A stretch of 62,314 nt of DNA, counting the filler, from Collodictyon triciliatum (Eukaryota), in the NCBI GenBank assembly GCA_043381765.1. It is 7 parts of 7 records of this genome, joined end to end, with 100 filler letters (N's around TTAATTAATTAA, not from the genome) between each part and the next. Parts side by side here need not be neighbours in the genome. Positions count along the whole stretch, not along the records: positions 57,464 to 62,314 come from JBHJMP010003000.1; 6 more parts are not named here. One strand, given 5' to 3'. A program made the translations under genes and the position numbers. The notes beneath the pieces were generated by a model. It worked only from the letters and a program-made list of their open reading frames with translations, was not told the DNA's origin and searched no databases. This document shows, piece after piece, positions 57,746-62,314 of this stretch (position 1 is its first letter; the number at the start of each line of letters is the position of its first letter).

Positions 57746-60700
57746 ATGTCGGAGGAAGTCTCCTCACCTTCGTTGAAATCGGCCTTTGCCTCCAACATTC
57801 TCAGCTTCGAGCGCCGAGCACAGGCCTCTTCCCCACAGACACCAAGCAGCAGCAATGTCAGCAACAGCAGCTCACAAACGCAGGCACTGGTTTCCTCTCC
57901 GCGAAGCCGCGAATCCCGAGCGATCCGTCCGTTTGGACACAACCCGCAAAACACGGTGAAGCTGATTCCCGTGAACGTCTATGTGCCCGGATCGCCGCAA
58001 ATCACGCTCGAGTGTTCGCCGCAGGACACACTGCTGAAGATCAAGGAAGATGCGCTGGCAAAGGCTGCTGTTGAAAAGCCCGAAGAGTGGACGATCCGCC
58101 CGAGCTCCTGGACCGCAAATCTCTCTGTAGTCGAGTCTACGCCGCTGTATGACCTCTCTTGCTTACTTTACTTTATTTCTCGCATAGTTTTTTTTGTGTC
58201 TCCATTTTTCTTGTTTCTGTGTTCTCTATGTCTTCGTTGCTATCATTTTTCTTGATTCTATTATTTTTGTGTGTGTTTATCTATTATATTATTTTCCTTT
58301 TCTTTTTTGTGCATAGTATCATGTGTCTTCATTTTTCTCGTTTCTGTTGGATTCTACGTTTTCTATGTCATCACCGTTCTATTTGTTGACCATATATTTT
58401 CTTATTCGAGGAAATCTTATCTGTATTATCTTATTTATGCTAATATCATCCTGAATTATTATTTTCATGATGCCCGGTCGAGCTTTATTATGGATTAACA
58501 GATTATGATTTCTAAAATTTTGGAATGAATGTCACCATGTGGCTTTATTTATTTATTTTTATCACATCATTATTTATTCATACACGTGGAGTTTTCTTTC
58601 ACATGAATATCAAAATACACAGACGAGATATAAAATAAGGATTTTGTAGGGTTGAACATTCATACTACATTTCTTGCCAAGAAAAGGGGCATGAGCTTCA
58701 TTTTGTTATCCTCGAAAAAGCGCACGAAAAGCGGGTCCCTTATTTCTTCACTTCTTTGCTTTTTTATGATGGTTGCTTTCAAAATGTAAACGAGGCAGCG
58801 GGTTGAAGCAAAATCAGCTGGCCGAGATGAAATATCCTGCTATCTCCTACTACCAAGTGACTCAATATAATTGTAAAATTGATTCATAGGAAAAATTGTT
58901 GAGGAAACACATTGAATTGCTAATGGCGCGCCCACCTCGCTATGGATCTACCGACGAAGCAAATATTGCATTGAATCGCATGCAGAGGTTTTTATATGGG
59001 ATATTTTGATGCAAATCATTACGCATATCGGAATGTGGCAGTCTTTTTAACATATAGTTGAAGATATTTCCAATCAGAACTATTATCTTTCGCTACATCT
59101 CTTTTGTCTTTTGTCGTTTCCATTTTCAAACTTAATTTGGTCCTATCGTTAATGAGTAATTGTAGTTATGGGAAACATCCTTATATACTCAACGCACCTT
59201 AATAAGTCTTATCTGTCTTGTTCATATTTTGTCCAACGAATATTAGCTTCGTTCGAGAGATTGTTCCTACGGTGCGTGCTGGACTGATCAACATTAGCAT
59301 GAACCGCACCGAAGCACCATATCCTGAAAACCTCCCAGCCAAGTTCCCAGTGCGTGTTGCCTATGTAGATGAAGACGTTGGCTACAAGGGACTCTTTGCA
59401 GAAAGTGTGTTATATTCTCTTTGCTCTTTCAAATCAATTCCAATACTTTAATGTCTAATATATACGAAAACACTATGGCAACTGCTGTTCTTTACTTCAT
59501 CGCTATTCAACCTGATAAATCCTGTAGACTCGACCAAAATTTCCACTTTGATCTCCACGGCATACTCCAAATTCCCGGGCTCCACGATGTCTTCTAAAGA
59601 ACTCAAAGGAACACCCTCCGTTTGTGATTCTCCCAAATTGCACTCAACTCTATTCGCACTTTCTCAATAATGAAGAAAGCATGCCTTCAGCATTCACGGC
59701 TGCGTTGCATTATTTAGGGAACTTATCTTAACATTTAAAAATGTGTACCCTTTCTCCACGTGAAGGCTGTAGTGACAGGAAACGTTCACACACTAATTTT
59801 TTGGTTTAACCTTGTTACTTTGACAGGACTATTGCTTCAAGGTAATCGGCCGTGCAGAGTATTTAGACGGTGACTACGAACTTGGGTCCATCGAGTACAT
59901 CCGTCAATGTTTGAAGACCGAAGGAAAAATCATTCTTCGACTCATTCATAAGAGCACCCTCTCAGATTTGCCTGCGGTCGACGAAACCGTTGTTGATGTT
60001 GTACGTTTTTTTATTTTTATTTTTATGACTCTTGGTCATTCACACAAATATTTATCAACCAGAACTACTACCACAAGCATCGTTCACTCTAAAATCATCT
60101 CTTCAACACCAATTTGAATATTTGTGTAGAGTATGCCAGAACAGCGCGAATTCCGTGTAGAGCCAAATCTATCCTGGGACAGAATGGAGTGCATACAAAT
60201 GTCCGATATATCTCGACCATTCGGCCTCAAAATCATCGGCATCGACCATGTCAATTTCAATGTGTCCAACTTCACTGAGGCTTATGAAGCGGGACAGGCA
60301 GACGAACCCGAGTCGATTCCTCTATACGTGACAGCTGAATTGTACACCTATATCGATTATGATTTCATCTTTCCTCCTAAAACTTATGGCATTACTAATG
60401 CTTTATTTGTGGCCCATCATACCCTAATTTTGTTCTGTTGAGTTTGGTTCAATATTTATTTTTTACATGCCCACAGATATCACGGAGACCAACTTATAGG
60501 TCAACCTATCTCGACCAATCCAAGCTCAGATAATATCTACCCTCGTTGGAACTCGTGGCTTGAGTTCAACTTCCCCATTTGCAAACTACCACATGTACGT
60601 TAGAGATAAGAATCGCATTTAATTGATATTTTAATACCAAACCCGAAAGTTTGTGTCTTCATGTACACATTATAGTTTTCTTATATCCACATTCTGGCAG

Positions 60701-62196
60701 GCTACACGAATCTGCTTCACGCTCTACGCCAAAGGTTACAAAGAAGAAATCCCACTCGCCTGGGTAAACAGCCAATTGCTTGACTTTCGTCACCAGCTTC
60801 AATCTGGTGTGGTTAGCATGAAAATGTGGCTGAACGACCGCGCAAATCCCATCGGTGACCATTCAATTTTTGCACATAGACTCACTCCATGTACATCAAT
60901 CTTCATGGAAATACTATACTTCCCTTCCTTACCAGAAGTAGAAGAATAAACATATTTTATGCCAAAACGCCATGACTTGATCAATTTTTTTTTCATGAAT
61001 ATATTGTTTTCTTACGGCAAGTATCATTATTTTTTTCAGACTCTTACAAATTAGTCATTATTTAGGGACATGTGTCGGGAATCTGAGCGAAAAGCAGCCT
61101 CCTATCCTGACTGTAGAGTTTGAACAGTATGCATTGCCTGTTGTTCTCCTGCCCAAGGAGATTTCGGGTTCCGGTTTGTAATCATCAGCATTCCCTCCCA
61201 GATAAACCCGCCTTATATTTGTTTGTGTGTATGATAACTTCATCGTTAAAGACTCTGTGAATTCATATGACGATTTGTATCTCCAATGAAAATTGTTTTA
61301 TTTTCCTTCCTTAACGCGAAAGTATATTCCTTTTAAATCATATTGGATCAGGTCCAAAGTATGCTGGAAAAATTATTTCCCCCGAACACAGCCGCGCAAT
61401 CGAACGCATCATAAGTGAAGGTTTGAAATACTTTCCTTACACATAAGTGACCTCATATATATATATATGCTGCATCTCATCATTTGATTCTTATAATCGA
61501 GACATTCGCGATGGAAAGAAATTTTGCTGCGCGCTAACAAACTTACCCATGTAATAATCAATCCAAATGCAGATCCCTTATACAAACTCACGCCGGAAGA
61601 CCGCCAGCTCATTTGGGAATATCGAGAGCACTGTTCTCAGTACCCAAAGGCCCTTCCAAAGTTTCTTTCCTCCGTCGACTGGACCGACCCAGCACACGTC
61701 CAGGAGACCCATTTGTAAGAGCTTTGCTTATTTGCTCAAGACAATCTCAACATTCCCATCAAATCACCAACAAGCCAACGCAATTTATGTACAAACACCA
61801 TTTCAAGGAACCATAACATATATGGGGATTATAGATTTTCCTTTAAGATGTTTTTCAATTGTATCAAATTTTTGACATTTGGCTCCACCATTCATTACAC
61901 AGATGGCTTTATGCATGGGCGAAGCCTACAGCTCTCGAATCACTAGAGGTTTTGTTTGAACACTGCATAATAGATACTATCACGCATGAGTCTATTGTGC
62001 TAATCCACCGCTTTTGAATTGCGAGCTTGTAGCCATTATTTGGCAAGAATCTTCTTGAACCAAAATCAAAAAAAAAATTATTTTGTAGCTACTCGATGCC
62101 AAGTTCGCAGATGCGAGGGTCCGGGCTTACGCTGTTGAGCGTTTGGAAGATTTCACTGATAACGAAATCAACGACTACTTATTGCAGCTCGTTCAG
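57746..62196 (+). CDS. Class I-like phosphatidylinositol 3-kinase (N-terminal, RBD-like, C2 and helical domains; catalytic domain beyond the window)
   Basis: YCFKVIGRAEYLDG...IEYIRQCL (RBD-like); PRWNSWLEFNFPICKLPH/ATRICFTLY...PLAWVN...ANPIGT (PI3K C2); DPLYKLTPEDRQLIWEYR...PKALPKFL, LLDAKFADARVRAYAVERL...YLLQLVQ (helical domain). Confidence 0.9.
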
Positions 62197-62314
62197 GTAC
62201 AACCCTAATTTACCTTTCTTTTCTTTTCTTTTCTTTTCTTTTCTTTTCTTTTCTTTTCTTTTCTTTTCTTTTCTTTTCTTTTCTTTTCTTTTCTTTTCTT
62301 TTCTTTTCTTTTTT

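Overview
Intron-rich eukaryotic (protist-like) genomic DNA. It is not one locus: seven unrelated scaffolds of about 9.1-9.6 kb (the last one partial) are joined by artificial 100-bp N/TTAATTAATTAA/N linkers, and most scaffold ends stop in microsatellites. Recognisable spliced host genes are SAM50/Omp85, a TIS11-like CCCH zinc-finger protein, a protein ending in a tandem RyR-domain pair, a TTLL3/8-like tubulin glycylase, AP-2 sigma, a CPSF6/7-like RRM protein, an H2A.X-like histone, a GPS-motif membrane protein tail, an acyl-CoA synthetase, INO1, an ankyrin-metallophosphoesterase, a dicarboxylate/oxoglutarate-type mitochondrial carrier, a multi-MIB/HERC2-repeat TKL kinase, a giant sacsin/NO VEIN-like GHKL ATPase with a C-terminal DUF3883-like nuclease domain, and a class I-like PI3-kinase. 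The most notable element is a decayed Fanzor1-type (eukaryotic TnpB-derived, RNA-guided nuclease) locus at about 10.4-11.9 kb. It keeps all three RuvC catalytic acidic residues and is followed by a strongly base-paired omegaRNA-like region. All assignments come from motif recognition by eye; exon boundaries are manual predictions and no searches were run.
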